Notes: generated from the sequence alone by a model not told the origin. A stretch of DNA of 64,000 nt from Promethearchaeota archaeon (GCA_048939245.1 JBHLPR010000001.1:82622-146621), one strand, 5' to 3'. Positions 8,601 through 18,469 are shown, counted from the first letter of the stretch. Numbers and translations are program-made.

Positions 8601-10540
8601 TTGGAATTACCTTTGAGAAAGGAGCCCATCTTCCGATGTATGTCCCTCGGTTTGCGCCCGAATATGAAAGTAAAGTTTATGTAAACCCCCAAAACCTCAC
8701 TCCAACAATAACTTTGGGCTCTGATGCTGTTGAACTTACTCAATACCTCCAACAGGTTCCGTACAAGTTTAGACTTCGCTACAAAGGTAAACGCGAGCTT
8801 CAATCAGGAAATAACTACTTAGTCGAAAGTAACATCACACTCGAAATGCCGATACCCGAAAAAATCGGCGGTGAATATGAATTTCTCCACATCAAAACAC
8901 CTCCCCGTATACTAACGGCAGACGAACTCGCAATGCCTCGGCTTCGAAATGGGGTAAACTTTCAGGAACTTTTCTATGGCACCGTCTTCATCGGGGATGC
9001 CAAATATGATGGGGAATATTTTGTTTATCGCCTTTGGGTATGTTTCGAACCAGGTGAGCAGAATCCTGCCCCTGGGGCCAACTATCGGCAGGGGTGGACA
9101 AATCATCGCCTCGACATCTTCCTTGATCCTAAAACATGGGACCCTCGCCTGCTCATAACTGACTACTATGTTGAATTTGAAGACGGGCGGAGTGAATGGG
9201 TAGAAGCCCTTTTCACATTTAGAGCAGCTAGTTCTACTCTCTTTGGCATCCGTCGATTAACCGCTGATCTGAAGCGGGAAGCAAACCTCGCCTCATACCC
9301 AGATTCTTTTGAATCAGAAATTCGGTATGCTCTTACCCCCCTTAATGTTGATGCACAAACCCCTTTGAAAATCACTGGATTTGCACTCGGACAACGTTTA
9401 GGATTTATCGAACTTGTACGTGCAAGTTGGGCACGTAATAAACAAGACGGGCCAGTGATATTCAAGCCTCCCAGAGCGCATTTATTCCGGGACTACTGGA
9501 GCCAACGTTATGAACATGGGCTTTATCGTGATGACTGGCAGGGCGAAGACCACACTAATCAATATGAAATGAAAGGAAATGATCGTAGTGGAGGGCAATC
9601 AAAGTATATTCGAGGATTTCGAGAAAGGGCCTTCCCCCATGAAATTGGTATCATGACTCGTGCCAAGGATCGTTGTGACCTTCTCATCACCCCTCCAGGT
9701 GATGGTGAAACTACCATTATCCGGAATCTCGTCAATCCACGAAAAATCGAGCTCTGGACCCGACCTCATGTTAGCTTCAGCCGACGATTCAACTTTATCG
9801 CCAAACACTTTGGCAAACCACCTAAAATCCACACTGCTAGTCTTTACTTCTATAGTACTCGCCGTGAGCTTAATCCTTACTTCAAAACCCGCGTTCGTGG
9901 CAAAGACCAATGGATCTACTATCCTGAACCGCGCTACTGGAATGGGAAACAGTGGGTACCGATTCCCCAAAACTTTAACGCTGCCGAACATCCCGAAAAC
10001 CTCGCCCACGGTATCAACACCTGGCTCGAAGCCGATGCCTACTGGATTTATCGCTATGTCTGGTATTGGCCCCTTGAAATCACTCTACCGCTTCCCCACG
10101 ACGACTGGGAGCGGGCTGACATCTGGGTCAATGCCCGTACTGGAAAAATTGAATGGATTTCGTCAGATTATCATTGGCGTGAATTGTGGTATCAGAATGC
10201 GGTTAAGGTAAGTGGTGTGAATCCCATCATTGATTTCCTGTTCAACTGGAATACTCCCGAACCACTTACAGTGAAAGATGGAGCTCCAATCCACAAATCT
10301 ATCGCTCCCTATTTTGAAGAAGGGAAAACGGTAGGAGAGTTTGCTGATCAGTTACCGTGGATGTTCGCTCGCTTCAAACATAGCACTGAACATATGCATA
10401 AACTGCATTCCTCTTTCTGGGGTCGTAACAAAGTTAAACTGGTATATGGCACTTTAGGCATTCTCATCGTCCTACTCATCCTCTTCCTCTTCCCGCCCAC
10501 TCGGAACTTCTTACTTAGTCTCCTTGGGCTACTTCCCTAA
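5681..10540 (+). CDS. Giant orphan protein (1619 aa): helical N-terminal half, beta-rich Trp/Tyr-rich C-terminal half, single C-terminal hydrophobic anchor
   Basis: Uninterrupted 4.86-kb ORF with AAAGGAG 12 nt upstream of the ATG. The N-terminus is hydrophilic (MASSDHDTLVKAYNALF), so there is no signal peptide. The last 33 aa are LVYGTLGILIVLLILFLFPPTRNFLLSLLGLLP. I recognise no family motif. Confidence 0.85.
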   Translation: MASSDHDTLVKAYNALFQTARDDLQEIAKHLTKAKGQGLLDILEQISELLQRIESASEVPQLEIEVARSIARDYDTIAQRWRELEQYFADQIHYDDYVYRSDEERAEAAEKALSVIHGQALQALDAAGTMFGIAREWRRAAKSFSTVVQARKTAAAPLTAIPAIIREYRCYEHLDDSANVLIIGRAIQKLLNSVSEDLSTDDIAILREAVGFFRKTAMTAVSNRQKDPDVNIPIAAVYLWNEAEALALITPPDDDTTLNRFRALAEFFEQIGKEELTKSEPSIQRFVASYMEGAFAYLRITRDFEGFTVEEAKQHCLHLTKFAADFVLTLMERLGYQRVAVVEDSAKAVKGLIAIFEMVKRGYQGSKAFEELATQAGTILVQAQQRQDQPLIDLAMVYRWLCEGSARGLYVICLKLIADLYRVGIVSDVLDIGSKEELRQRILDLVAVSDQDELFDLLIDAEVEFDDVVDLFKSLDLYWVAAICKLCQGQLRQDLSYLEAETETILSPGTSGATEDEGDEVDAMPFWGAAPSRDFTTAAELFSQAYRLQRGFEESVYDETKESWMPYRDPDDIRRRAAYSSWLAGLANLEEGNTEDGGRALFSAKNAYELLNRHHEAISCLEVWLKELVTTISSDEGGGARPTEERLQEVLNVCDELVGLYSIRRKTSDTVTDILNIVGFLQTHVGLENWTLDVFLRALEYTRESLKIAYPLGIPNTSLEKLRFLRDELKEFLNGDFAIGIYPDFRTETTIYFEAETPVKLAVLNVSAKEAANLSVRPMGVLPHISPSSTQPWKASRDSSQVTMKNFYIGSDDDAFEISDTVYYRKPADAFGPPRPIPVALDSAVTPDLESDSPSEQISGEQPWLGVMWTGDYSGLALGTLKGVTEEPAGPETPILTIDELKQAAFFTVFTKSAREGNILPGQVFPVSFGIYRHGTDDLLGIQTLFFKIASRPKILKAETNWAENIGDRWEETFGITFEKGAHLPMYVPRFAPEYESKVYVNPQNLTPTITLGSDAVELTQYLQQVPYKFRLRYKGKRELQSGNNYLVESNITLEMPIPEKIGGEYEFLHIKTPPRILTADELAMPRLRNGVNFQELFYGTVFIGDAKYDGEYFVYRLWVCFEPGEQNPAPGANYRQGWTNHRLDIFLDPKTWDPRLLITDYYVEFEDGRSEWVEALFTFRAASSTLFGIRRLTADLKREANLASYPDSFESEIRYALTPLNVDAQTPLKITGFALGQRLGFIELVRASWARNKQDGPVIFKPPRAHLFRDYWSQRYEHGLYRDDWQGEDHTNQYEMKGNDRSGGQSKYIRGFRERAFPHEIGIMTRAKDRCDLLITPPGDGETTIIRNLVNPRKIELWTRPHVSFSRRFNFIAKHFGKPPKIHTASLYFYSTRRELNPYFKTRVRGKDQWIYYPEPRYWNGKQWVPIPQNFNAAEHPENLAHGINTWLEADAYWIYRYVWYWPLEITLPLPHDDWERADIWVNARTGKIEWISSDYHWRELWYQNAVKVSGVNPIIDFLFNWNTPEPLTVKDGAPIHKSIAPYFEEGKTVGEFADQLPWMFARFKHSTEHMHKLHSSFWGRNKVKLVYGTLGILIVLLILFLFPPTRNFLLSLLGLLP

Positions 10541-10631
10541 CCATATAGAAAGCCTGCCCAACAATATCAAGCTTTAAGAACATCCGACACCCACCTCTTT
10601 ATCATTCTGTAAACCTAAGTATCCGTTTAAG

Positions 10632-11837
10632 GTGATTAAGTTGAAAGCTGAAGATGTAAAGCATGTTACTGTCCTTGGCGCAGGACTTATGGGTCATGGC
10701 ATCACCCAATCCTTCGCCCAAGCTGGTTACCCAGTAACCATGGTTGATATCAAAGACGAATTTATCCAAAAAGGCCTGGCAAATATCAAATGGAGTCTTG
10801 GTAAATTTCTCGAAAAAGGCAAAGTCTCCCAAGCTGATCATGATGCTATCCTCAAGCGAATAAGTGTATCAACGAACCGTGATGAGACGATTAAAGAAAC
10901 TGATCTTATTGTGGAGGCCATTCCAGAAATTCTCTCACTTAAACAGGAAGTATTTGCTGATATTGACGCAAAGGCTCCCAAACACACTATTCTTGCTACA
11001 AATACCAGTTCCCTTCCCATTACAGATGTCGCTGCCTCCACCAAACACCCCGAAAAAGTGGTTGGTATGCATTTCTTTTCACCTGTTGTACGGATGAATA
11101 TTGTTGAAATCATCAAAGGCGAGAAAACTTCCGATGATGCAGCAAAAGTCATCTATGCTTTGACTGAGAAGATGGGCAAAGAGCCAGTGATGTGTAACAA
11201 AGATGTCCCTGGCTTTATCGCGAATGGCGTTCAGATGTTTCCACTAAATTTTGTCGGGCAGCTAATTGATATGGGCAAGTTTACACCAGAGGAAATCGAT
11301 TCTGCAACCACAATGAAGTTGGGGCTTCCCATGGGCACTTTTGGACTCTTAGACTTTGTCGGCATTGATGTGGTCTATAATGTGCTAAAGTTCATGACCA
11401 CACGGATTCCTGGAATGAAAATGGCCAAATGCCTTGAAGAGAAAATGCAGAAAGGCGAATTAGGCGCTAAAACTGGGAAAGGCTTCTACGAACATCCTGG
11501 AAATCGCTGGCAGCGTCCCACGATTTGGTCCCAAGAATTAGCAGACAAGTTCGACCCACAATTAGTCGTGGTCATCGGCATAAATCGGGCAGCCGAATTG
11601 GTTGCTGATGATGTTGCTTCGCCAGCTGATATTGACAAAACTATGAAACTAGGCTTTAACCAACCAGTCGGAACACTTGAGCTCGCTGACTCCCTGGGCA
11701 TCGATGCTGTCGTTGAAAAACTCGAATACGTTGCTAAAGAATACGACGACTTCTATGCTCCTCACCCACTCCTTAAAGAAATGATAAAAGATGGTAAGCT
11801 AGGGATGAAGACCAAAGAAGGATTCTTCAAATACTAA
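10632..11837 (+). CDS. 3-hydroxyacyl-CoA (3-hydroxybutyryl-CoA) dehydrogenase
   Basis: The N-terminal Rossmann motif is VTVLGAGLMGHGITQSFAQAGYPVTMVDI. The conserved NTSSLPIT and HFFSPV blocks are present. The 401-aa length fits an extended or duplicated C-terminal dimerisation domain. Confidence 0.85.
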   Translation: MIKLKAEDVKHVTVLGAGLMGHGITQSFAQAGYPVTMVDIKDEFIQKGLANIKWSLGKFLEKGKVSQADHDAILKRISVSTNRDETIKETDLIVEAIPEILSLKQEVFADIDAKAPKHTILATNTSSLPITDVAASTKHPEKVVGMHFFSPVVRMNIVEIIKGEKTSDDAAKVIYALTEKMGKEPVMCNKDVPGFIANGVQMFPLNFVGQLIDMGKFTPEEIDSATTMKLGLPMGTFGLLDFVGIDVVYNVLKFMTTRIPGMKMAKCLEEKMQKGELGAKTGKGFYEHPGNRWQRPTIWSQELADKFDPQLVVVIGINRAAELVADDVASPADIDKTMKLGFNQPVGTLELADSLGIDAVVEKLEYVAKEYDDFYAPHPLLKEMIKDGKLGMKTKEGFFKY

Positions 11838-11920
11838 TCAATTACTAGTAGCATGTATAAGGATTAGAATATCTTTTTTCTCCATCTTCTATCCGCTAGC
11901 TATCGAAGGGGAATACACGC

Positions 11921-13234
11921 TTGCAGATCCGAATCCAAATGGGCATGGGGTCCTTCGAATTTATGATAAATGCCCGGCGAGCAATTTTCTACACCTTCCT
12001 TACCCTGTTTATGGCAGAAATACTTGGAGCGAATTTCATCCAACTAGGGCTTGTGATTACGTTACCAATGCTTGCTAACGCTGCAATGCAAGCTTTTGTT
12101 TGGGGGCGGGTAAGTGATTGGATTCGACGCCGTAGATTACTAATTGTGATTGGGGAAACCTGTGCGGGTCTTGGCTATCTTATCATTTGGACGAATATTT
12201 CAGTTTGGACAATTATTATCGGACTAACCATCATCGAAGCAATCTGGTCAATGTCGAATACTGGGTGGTCTGCCTTATTTGCTGATTTAACCAAAATACA
12301 TGAACGTTCGACTTTAATGGGTCGTATTAATGCGGTGGGTATCATCGGACGTATTTTTGGGGCAACGGTGATTGGATTCTTGTATGATTTTCCACTTCCA
12401 GGCGCTGGTTTCTTTTGGGTCTTCCCCATCGCCGCGGGAATCATGTTTGGTAGCGTTGTCACACTGGTTGCAACTGTTCCTGAAGTACAGCATCCATTAG
12501 GTTCTAAAGAACTCTCACAACCAACCCAGTCATCAGGCTTGAAACTAAGTTGGCGGGACCGATATCCCAAAAATTATCTCGTTTTTCTTGGTGTCTGGGC
12601 GTTTATTACGGTGGGGTGGGTCTGTTATCTCTCACTGTTCACAATCTATCTCCGAGCTGGGCTCAATCTTAATTCCATCGAAATCAGTCTTGTCCGTAAT
12701 GTTAACTCAGCCGCTGGGTTGATCGCAGCTCCAGTTGCAGGTATTCTTGGTGACCGAATTGGTCGAAGACCAGTCATCATTGGGGCTCTAATTATTCAGA
12801 CCATCACTTCCATTTTCTACGGCTTCGTAAACACACTGATCGGAATGTTAGTGGTTAATGGAGCTAATGGCATCGTACGACCCACTATTCACACCCTTGG
12901 TTATGCACTAGCTGCTGATATGATTCCTGAAACTCGACGTGGTGAACTCTTCGGTTTGTATAATGCTGTCTGGACAATCTCATTTGGTACATCACCCACT
13001 GCGATTGGTGGAGTTTATGCCACATGGCGAATGGATGGATACCTGAATCTAGGTGCCCCAACCGTGACTGCAGCCACTCAGGCTATTGTTGACACTTTCT
13101 TCCTCTCAGCTGGTCTTGTCATACTAGGTATCTTTCTATTCGGATTTGTGGTCAGGGAACCAGAGCAAAAAGAGGGAGAACCAGACATAATTCATGATGA
13201 AGAACCAATCGCAATAATGGATACGTTAGACTAA
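11921..13234 (+). CDS. MFS transporter
   Basis: About 12 hydrophobic segments are present. MFS loop motifs are GRVSDWIRRRRLL and GILGDRIGRRPV. An alternative ATG start lies at 11939. Confidence 0.8.
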   Translation: MQIRIQMGMGSFEFMINARRAIFYTFLTLFMAEILGANFIQLGLVITLPMLANAAMQAFVWGRVSDWIRRRRLLIVIGETCAGLGYLIIWTNISVWTIIIGLTIIEAIWSMSNTGWSALFADLTKIHERSTLMGRINAVGIIGRIFGATVIGFLYDFPLPGAGFFWVFPIAAGIMFGSVVTLVATVPEVQHPLGSKELSQPTQSSGLKLSWRDRYPKNYLVFLGVWAFITVGWVCYLSLFTIYLRAGLNLNSIEISLVRNVNSAAGLIAAPVAGILGDRIGRRPVIIGALIIQTITSIFYGFVNTLIGMLVVNGANGIVRPTIHTLGYALAADMIPETRRGELFGLYNAVWTISFGTSPTAIGGVYATWRMDGYLNLGAPTVTAATQAIVDTFFLSAGLVILGIFLFGFVVREPEQKEGEPDIIHDEEPIAIMDTLD

Positions 13235-13285
13235 AATCATCTATCATCTCATCGGGTATTCAATTCTAAATTTCGAGGTAAGTTA

Positions 13286-13939
13286 GTGACTCCTTTCCTT
13301 CTCTTTCTATTTGGTGTAATCCTCATCTCATTGAGTGGGGCCCTCGCGCCTGGGCCACTCCTATTCACAAATCTTTCCAATGCTCCTCGTTGGGGATGGA
13401 AAGGTGGTATCTGGCTTTCACTAGGACATACCTGTGTTGAGTTGCCTGTTATTCTTCTCATTGCCTTCGGTTTAAGTTTCGTTATCTACATACCATTCGT
13501 TCAATTCACCATCGCTAGTCTCGGAGGTATCGTCCTACTATTCTTCGGAGTCTTACAAATTCGAGAAGCCTTAGCATCAACAGAAAAAATTGAACAAGAG
13601 GATTTAGCAAAATCAAAGCCAACCCGTCATCCATTCTTCATTGGTTTGATCTTCTCTGCCCTCAATCCTTTCTTCATCGTTTGGTGGTTTACCGTTGGTG
13701 CTACTATCGTTCTCACAGCACTCCTCTTTGCCGCATTAGGGGGTGTCTTAATCATGTTCTTGTCCCACGTCTGGATCGACTATGCATGGTTAACAGGAAC
13801 TGCATGGGCAACACAAAGAGGATCACATCTAATTGGTTCGAAAGGATACCAAGTTCTCATCGCATTTTTTGGGTTACTTCTAATCTATTTTGGAATCCTC
13901 TTCTGCTATAATGCATACCTCCTTGTAAGCCTACTTTAG
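13286..13939 (+). CDS. LysE/RhtB-family amino-acid exporter
   Basis: The 217-aa protein has about 6 TM segments. The N-terminal ISLSGALAPGPLL motif and overall layout are typical of the LysE family. Confidence 0.7.
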   Translation: MTPFLLFLFGVILISLSGALAPGPLLFTNLSNAPRWGWKGGIWLSLGHTCVELPVILLIAFGLSFVIYIPFVQFTIASLGGIVLLFFGVLQIREALASTEKIEQEDLAKSKPTRHPFFIGLIFSALNPFFIVWWFTVGATIVLTALLFAALGGVLIMFLSHVWIDYAWLTGTAWATQRGSHLIGSKGYQVLIAFFGLLLIYFGILFCYNAYLLVSLL

Positions 13940-15519
13940 TCTTCGAGGGCTTGGCCAAATCCGCCCCCACCAGGGGTTTGGATGCTAATAATATCCCCCT
14001 TTTCTACCGTTAAAGTTACTTTTCCTGGAATTTCCTTCCATTTTCCATTATGCCAGTGGCGATTCTTTCCAAGGCGTCCGGGAAGACCTCCCTGTAATCC
14101 CCAAGCTCCAAAACGGCGCCGTTCACTCTGTACAGAAACAACTGCATTATCCACAAGAATTTTGATATCCCGTCGGATCCCCCATCCCCCTCGATATCGT
14201 CCTTTCCCTCCGCTATTTGGAATCAGATGATAACATTCAACTCGAAGCGGATAGGTGCTTTCCAGCGCTTCAATTGGCGTATTCGCGGTATTAGTCATAT
14301 GGCTGTGAATCCCATCAATTCCATCTTTGGTAGGACGAGCACCCAGACCTCCCCCAATCGTCTCGTAAAAGGTGAAGGCTTGGGTAGTCCCAGGGATAAC
14401 TCCCCCAATTGTCAGATTATTCATCGTGCCCTGACTTGCAGCTGGAATTTTGTCAGGAAGTGCATTCTTTAGCGCTCCCAATAAGACATCCACAATTCGC
14501 TGGGAAGTTTCAACGTTACCTGCAGATACAGCGGCAGGAGGAAGCGGATTGAGAACCGATCCCTCTGGGGCAATTACTGTCAAGGGTGAGTAACATCCCG
14601 CATTTACCGGAATTGTGGGATCTGTTACGCATCGAAGAACATAATATGAACAGGACAAAGTGACGGCTAACGGAGCATTGACATTCCCTCGAGTTTGTTT
14701 GCTACTTCCTGTAAAATCGAAGATAATCTGTCGCTCTTTGATTGAGACTTTGACTTTCAATTCAACGGGTTTTACAGATATTCCATCGTTATCCAGGTAA
14801 TCAGTGAATGTAAAATCCCCCTTGGGTATTTGTCCAAGTTGTTGAAGCATCCGTTGACGTGAATATGCATGAAACTCGTCAAAAAATGTGGATACAGTGG
14901 ATGTGGAATATTTAGCTAGGACTGATTCAAATCGGGTGGTGCCTGTTTTATTAGCCGCAATTTGAGCTCGGAGATCCCCTTCTCTTTCAAGCGGTGTGCG
15001 GACATTGGCGAGAAGTAATCGCCAAAGTCCCTTGTTAACGATTCCTTCCGCGACGAGTTTGGTGGGTGGGATTCGTAAACCTTCTTGAAAAATCTCGGTT
15101 GCTGCTCCAGGCATGGAGCCGGGGGCTGATCCTCCAACATCTGCATGGTGCGCACGATTTGCTACAAACCCTGCAATGGTTTCATTGAATATAACTGGAG
15201 AGATGATAGTAATGTCAGGAAGGTGTGTTCCTCCCTCATAGGGATCATTGAGGATGATGATATCGTCCTTTTTCCAGACAGAGGTCGGAAAAACTTCTAA
15301 TGCAGCTTTAACCGATTCAGGCATGGCTCCTAAATGAACAGGGATATGCTCAGCCTGGCTGATCATCTGCCCCTTTGCATCAAAGGCAGCCGCAGAGCAA
15401 TCTCGTCGCTCTTTGATGTTCGGTGAATATGCAGTTCGAACAAGAGTGGCACCCATTTCTTCGGCAACTGAGATAAACGCATTGCGAAGAACCTCGAAAG
15501 ATATGGGATCCGTTTTCAT
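13936..15519 (-). CDS. hyuB: Hydantoinase B / oxoprolinase family protein
   Basis: The N-terminus DPISFEVLRNAFISVAEEMGATLVRTAYSPNIKERRDCSAAAFD is the classic Hydantoinase_B signature. It overlaps hyuA by 4 bp. Confidence 0.9.
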   Translation of the reverse strand: MKTDPISFEVLRNAFISVAEEMGATLVRTAYSPNIKERRDCSAAAFDAKGQMISQAEHIPVHLGAMPESVKAALEVFPTSVWKKDDIIILNDPYEGGTHLPDITIISPVIFNETIAGFVANRAHHADVGGSAPGSMPGAATEIFQEGLRIPPTKLVAEGIVNKGLWRLLLANVRTPLEREGDLRAQIAANKTGTTRFESVLAKYSTSTVSTFFDEFHAYSRQRMLQQLGQIPKGDFTFTDYLDNDGISVKPVELKVKVSIKERQIIFDFTGSSKQTRGNVNAPLAVTLSCSYYVLRCVTDPTIPVNAGCYSPLTVIAPEGSVLNPLPPAAVSAGNVETSQRIVDVLLGALKNALPDKIPAASQGTMNNLTIGGVIPGTTQAFTFYETIGGGLGARPTKDGIDGIHSHMTNTANTPIEALESTYPLRVECYHLIPNSGGKGRYRGGWGIRRDIKILVDNAVVSVQSERRRFGAWGLQGGLPGRLGKNRHWHNGKWKEIPGKVTLTVEKGDIISIQTPGGGGFGQALED

Positions 15520-17582
15520 TGGATTCCCTCCAAAACTATATTTCCGCCTTGTTGAACGCTGGCGCTGGTATCTGGGTGAATCACCGTAGTGGAATCCAGT
15601 TGCTCAATAATAGCTGGCCCTTCAATGAATGCACCACTTCCCAATGAAGAACGTTCGTAAATCGGCGTTAATGTGGAGTGGTTTAACTCCTCAAAAAACA
15701 CCTGTCTTTTCAGACGAACTTTTGGAGTGCCTTTTTGTTTGGAGAGTTGGACTGCTTTGAGCTTAGGCATAGGTCCTTGAGCAATTACACGAAGATTAAC
15801 AATCGTAACCTTTGCGTTAGGGGCAGCAAATCCGTATTGTGTCTGATGTTGAGTATGAAAACCTTGCTCCAATTGAGTCATCCACTTCCTTGATATTCGA
15901 CCCTTCGGGACCGGTAATGTGATTTCGTATGCTTGTCCTGAATAACGAAGATCTGCGAGACGTTGAAGTTTCATAGCCTTTTGTGTTATACCTTGAGCTG
16001 ATAGTCGGTCTTTTAGCTCGTGTTCAAGTTGCAAGAAAATCGAATTGATTCGGGAGAGATTAGGGGTTTGGGTTGATTCAAGAATAGTGTGGCTTTGATC
16101 AGTGCGAAGATTTGTTGTTAGTAAACCCAGAGCTGAATGCAGGCCAGGCGCATTAGGAATAATAACACGGGGAATTCCAAGATTTTTTGCGAGTGCCCAC
16201 GCGTGCATTGGTCCTGCGCCTCCAAATGCCACCAATGCAAAATCACGAGGGTCATATCCACGTTGGATTGAGATTACACGAATAGCGCGTTCCATATTGG
16301 CGTTGACCACACGGATTACACCGTAGGCACATTCTTCAAGAGATAAGCTGAGTGGCTTTGCTAGTCCTTGTATCGATTGAGACGCCAGTTTAGTGTCTAA
16401 TGCCATGGTTCCTCCTAAGAAATAGTTAGGGTTAAGGCGTCCTAAGATGAGATTTGCATCCGTAACCGTAGGCTCTACTCCACCTAGCCCATAAGCTGCA
16501 GGTCCTGGTTCTGCCCCCGCGCTTTGGGGGCCTACACGCAAAATCCCTCCTGCATCTATCCACCCGATGCTTCCTCCTCCTGCCCCAACGGTCTCCACAT
16601 CAACCATAGGTAGTCTGCAGGGCAATTCGTCAATATGTCCTTCTGTTGTCTCTCGAATAGTACCCTGACTAATCAATGCGACGTCTGTGCTGGTTCCACC
16701 CATATCAAAGGTGATGACGTTTTCATGTTTTGTGACCTGACTCGTATAACGGCCACCTAAGGTTCCTCCTGCGAGACCACTGAATAAGAGTCGGGCTGCC
16801 TGATCTTCCGCTAGGTGAGATTGGAGAACACCACCATGACTTTGCATCACCAGCAATGGTGTCATTAGCCCAATCTCCTGTAAAGCAAGTACAAGCCGTT
16901 GTAGGTAGTTAGTGAGGACTGGGGTGACATAAGCATTCAATACTGTAGTGGACATTCGTTCATATTCACGGTATTCAGGTAAAATGGTGGAAGAAACGGA
17001 AATTGGAATCAATGAATCCTGCTGTCGAAGCTCTTCTGCGAGTTCTTCTTCATGCTGTGGATTCTGAAATGAAAAAAGAAGACATATTGCGACAGCATCA
17101 GAATTGAGGGCGGCTTTTTTCACTGCGATTTTAACTTCTTTTTCGGTTAATGGATTCAGAACCTCTCCGTCAAAACAAATCCGCTCGTCTACCCCTATTA
17201 TCTTGTCGCGGGATACAAGTGGATGCACTCTATCGACATATAAATCATACAATGTAGACCGTTGTTGACGTCCGATTTTCAGAAGGTCCTCAAATCCTTT
17301 CGTCGTGATAAGACTTATCGTGGAGCCTTTTCTTTGAAGAACAGTATTGGTTGCAACAGTGGTACCATGGAGTAGATATTGAATCTTTTCAGCTGGAATT
17401 TTTGATTGTTCTAATGCTTTTTGAATCCCTTCTAATACACCGATTGACGAATCCTTGGGTGTTGATCGGACTTTTACGTGCCACCGCGTTCCTTTAGAAT
17501 CAATTAACAATACATCGGTAAAGGTGCCTCCAACATCAATACCGATACGTACTGGCTCTTTATCAAGACCGTGTTCATGCAT
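15516..17582 (-). CDS. hyuA: Hydantoinase A / oxoprolinase family protein
   Basis: IGIDVGGTFTDVLLID is the ASKHA-fold N-terminus, and DMGGTSTDVALI is the second phosphate motif. The 688-aa length fits. Confidence 0.9.
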   Translation of the reverse strand: MHEHGLDKEPVRIGIDVGGTFTDVLLIDSKGTRWHVKVRSTPKDSSIGVLEGIQKALEQSKIPAEKIQYLLHGTTVATNTVLQRKGSTISLITTKGFEDLLKIGRQQRSTLYDLYVDRVHPLVSRDKIIGVDERICFDGEVLNPLTEKEVKIAVKKAALNSDAVAICLLFSFQNPQHEEELAEELRQQDSLIPISVSSTILPEYREYERMSTTVLNAYVTPVLTNYLQRLVLALQEIGLMTPLLVMQSHGGVLQSHLAEDQAARLLFSGLAGGTLGGRYTSQVTKHENVITFDMGGTSTDVALISQGTIRETTEGHIDELPCRLPMVDVETVGAGGGSIGWIDAGGILRVGPQSAGAEPGPAAYGLGGVEPTVTDANLILGRLNPNYFLGGTMALDTKLASQSIQGLAKPLSLSLEECAYGVIRVVNANMERAIRVISIQRGYDPRDFALVAFGGAGPMHAWALAKNLGIPRVIIPNAPGLHSALGLLTTNLRTDQSHTILESTQTPNLSRINSIFLQLEHELKDRLSAQGITQKAMKLQRLADLRYSGQAYEITLPVPKGRISRKWMTQLEQGFHTQHQTQYGFAAPNAKVTIVNLRVIAQGPMPKLKAVQLSKQKGTPKVRLKRQVFFEELNHSTLTPIYERSSLGSGAFIEGPAIIEQLDSTTVIHPDTSASVQQGGNIVLEGIQ

Positions 17583-17660
17583 CTTGTTCCCGCAACAATC
17601 TCGTTAATTACTGTGATAAAGGCTTCTACCTTTACTATAACAATAACAGTCTTTTTTTAG

Positions 17661-17981
17661 ATGCAGCCTAATTTCATACAACAAAGGCAGGCTATGTGTA
17701 TGACTACCGGACAACCATCATCGATTAATTTGCACTCTTGTCAAGCACTCAAACCAAGTCGACGACAACCCTCCGTGTTAAAAACGATTAGCTATAAAGC
17801 ATTCATCATTCCCGTTATACTGATGATTATTGGCGGTCTAATTTGGGGGCTCACAGCTTTTCTTAGTCCCTCAAATCTGCCTCTCATCCTCTTAGGGCAA
17901 ATCATTTTCATGATTGGGATGTTTGTCACAATTATCCTCGGATTTTGGGTAATGACGATAGTCCGAATGCCCCCTCGCTAA
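17661..17981 (+). CDS. Possible small 2-TM membrane protein
   Basis: The C-terminal 60 aa form two hydrophobic helices. The N-terminal part is odd, so the true start may be internal. Confidence 0.3.
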   Translation: MQPNFIQQRQAMCMTTGQPSSINLHSCQALKPSRRQPSVLKTISYKAFIIPVILMIIGGLIWGLTAFLSPSNLPLILLGQIIFMIGMFVTIILGFWVMTIVRMPPR

Positions 17982-17997
17982 CAGATCTCTTGTCCTC

Positions 17998-18468
17998 TCA
18001 GTCTCCCTCATTCAGGGTATTGTTATCCATTCCAACCTTTAGTTTGTGTTTCACTATGGGTTCGAACCATTCAGGTCCCAATAACCTACCAACAACCACT
18101 CCTGGCATAATGGCAAGGAGTTGCACCATGAATAACCGAACTGAAATATCAATGGCTATCATTATTAGAATATCCAACAAATTCCAAGCCGCATAAATAG
18201 CGATAGCTAATGAAAGAATTCCGAAGAGAAAAAGAAATCCCATGAAGACAGCTAATAAGCCACTCATTATGGCATAGTGAATTTCAGTGCTATACATACC
18301 AATTATAATTCCAATTAGAACAACAAGCAATCCAAAAATCACGACATAAATAAGATTCACAAGAAAAGCGAAAACTGCAGCCGTGATTAAGAGTCCCCCA
18401 CCGAGAATTGAGATGGCGGTTCGGATATACAGAGAAAGTCGTTCCTTCTGAGGTGCTGTTAGTTCCAT
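17998..18468 (-). CDS. Integral membrane protein (156 aa, ~4 TM)
   Basis: The ORF is strongly hydrophobic and starts 1 bp after the stop of the upstream 18470-18994 gene, so they form a pair. Confidence 0.55.
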   Translation of the reverse strand: MELTAPQKERLSLYIRTAISILGGGLLITAAVFAFLVNLIYVVIFGLLVVLIGIIIGMYSTEIHYAIMSGLLAVFMGFLFLFGILSLAIAIYAAWNLLDILIMIAIDISVRLFMVQLLAIMPGVVVGRLLGPEWFEPIVKHKLKVGMDNNTLNEGD

Positions 18469-18469
18469 T

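Noticed and set aside
9660-10211. 183-aa ORF in an alternative frame inside the 1619-aa gene.
   Set aside because: Its translation is Ser/Thr/Pro/Leu-rich and low-complexity, typical of an off-frame reading of a real gene. There is no independent start context. The 1619-aa frame is continuous across it.
13936-13939. Convergent genes (LysE-type exporter and hyuB) whose stop codons overlap by 3-4 nt, leaving no terminator space.
   Set aside because: This is real but common in compact archaeal genomes. It is not evidence of a special element.
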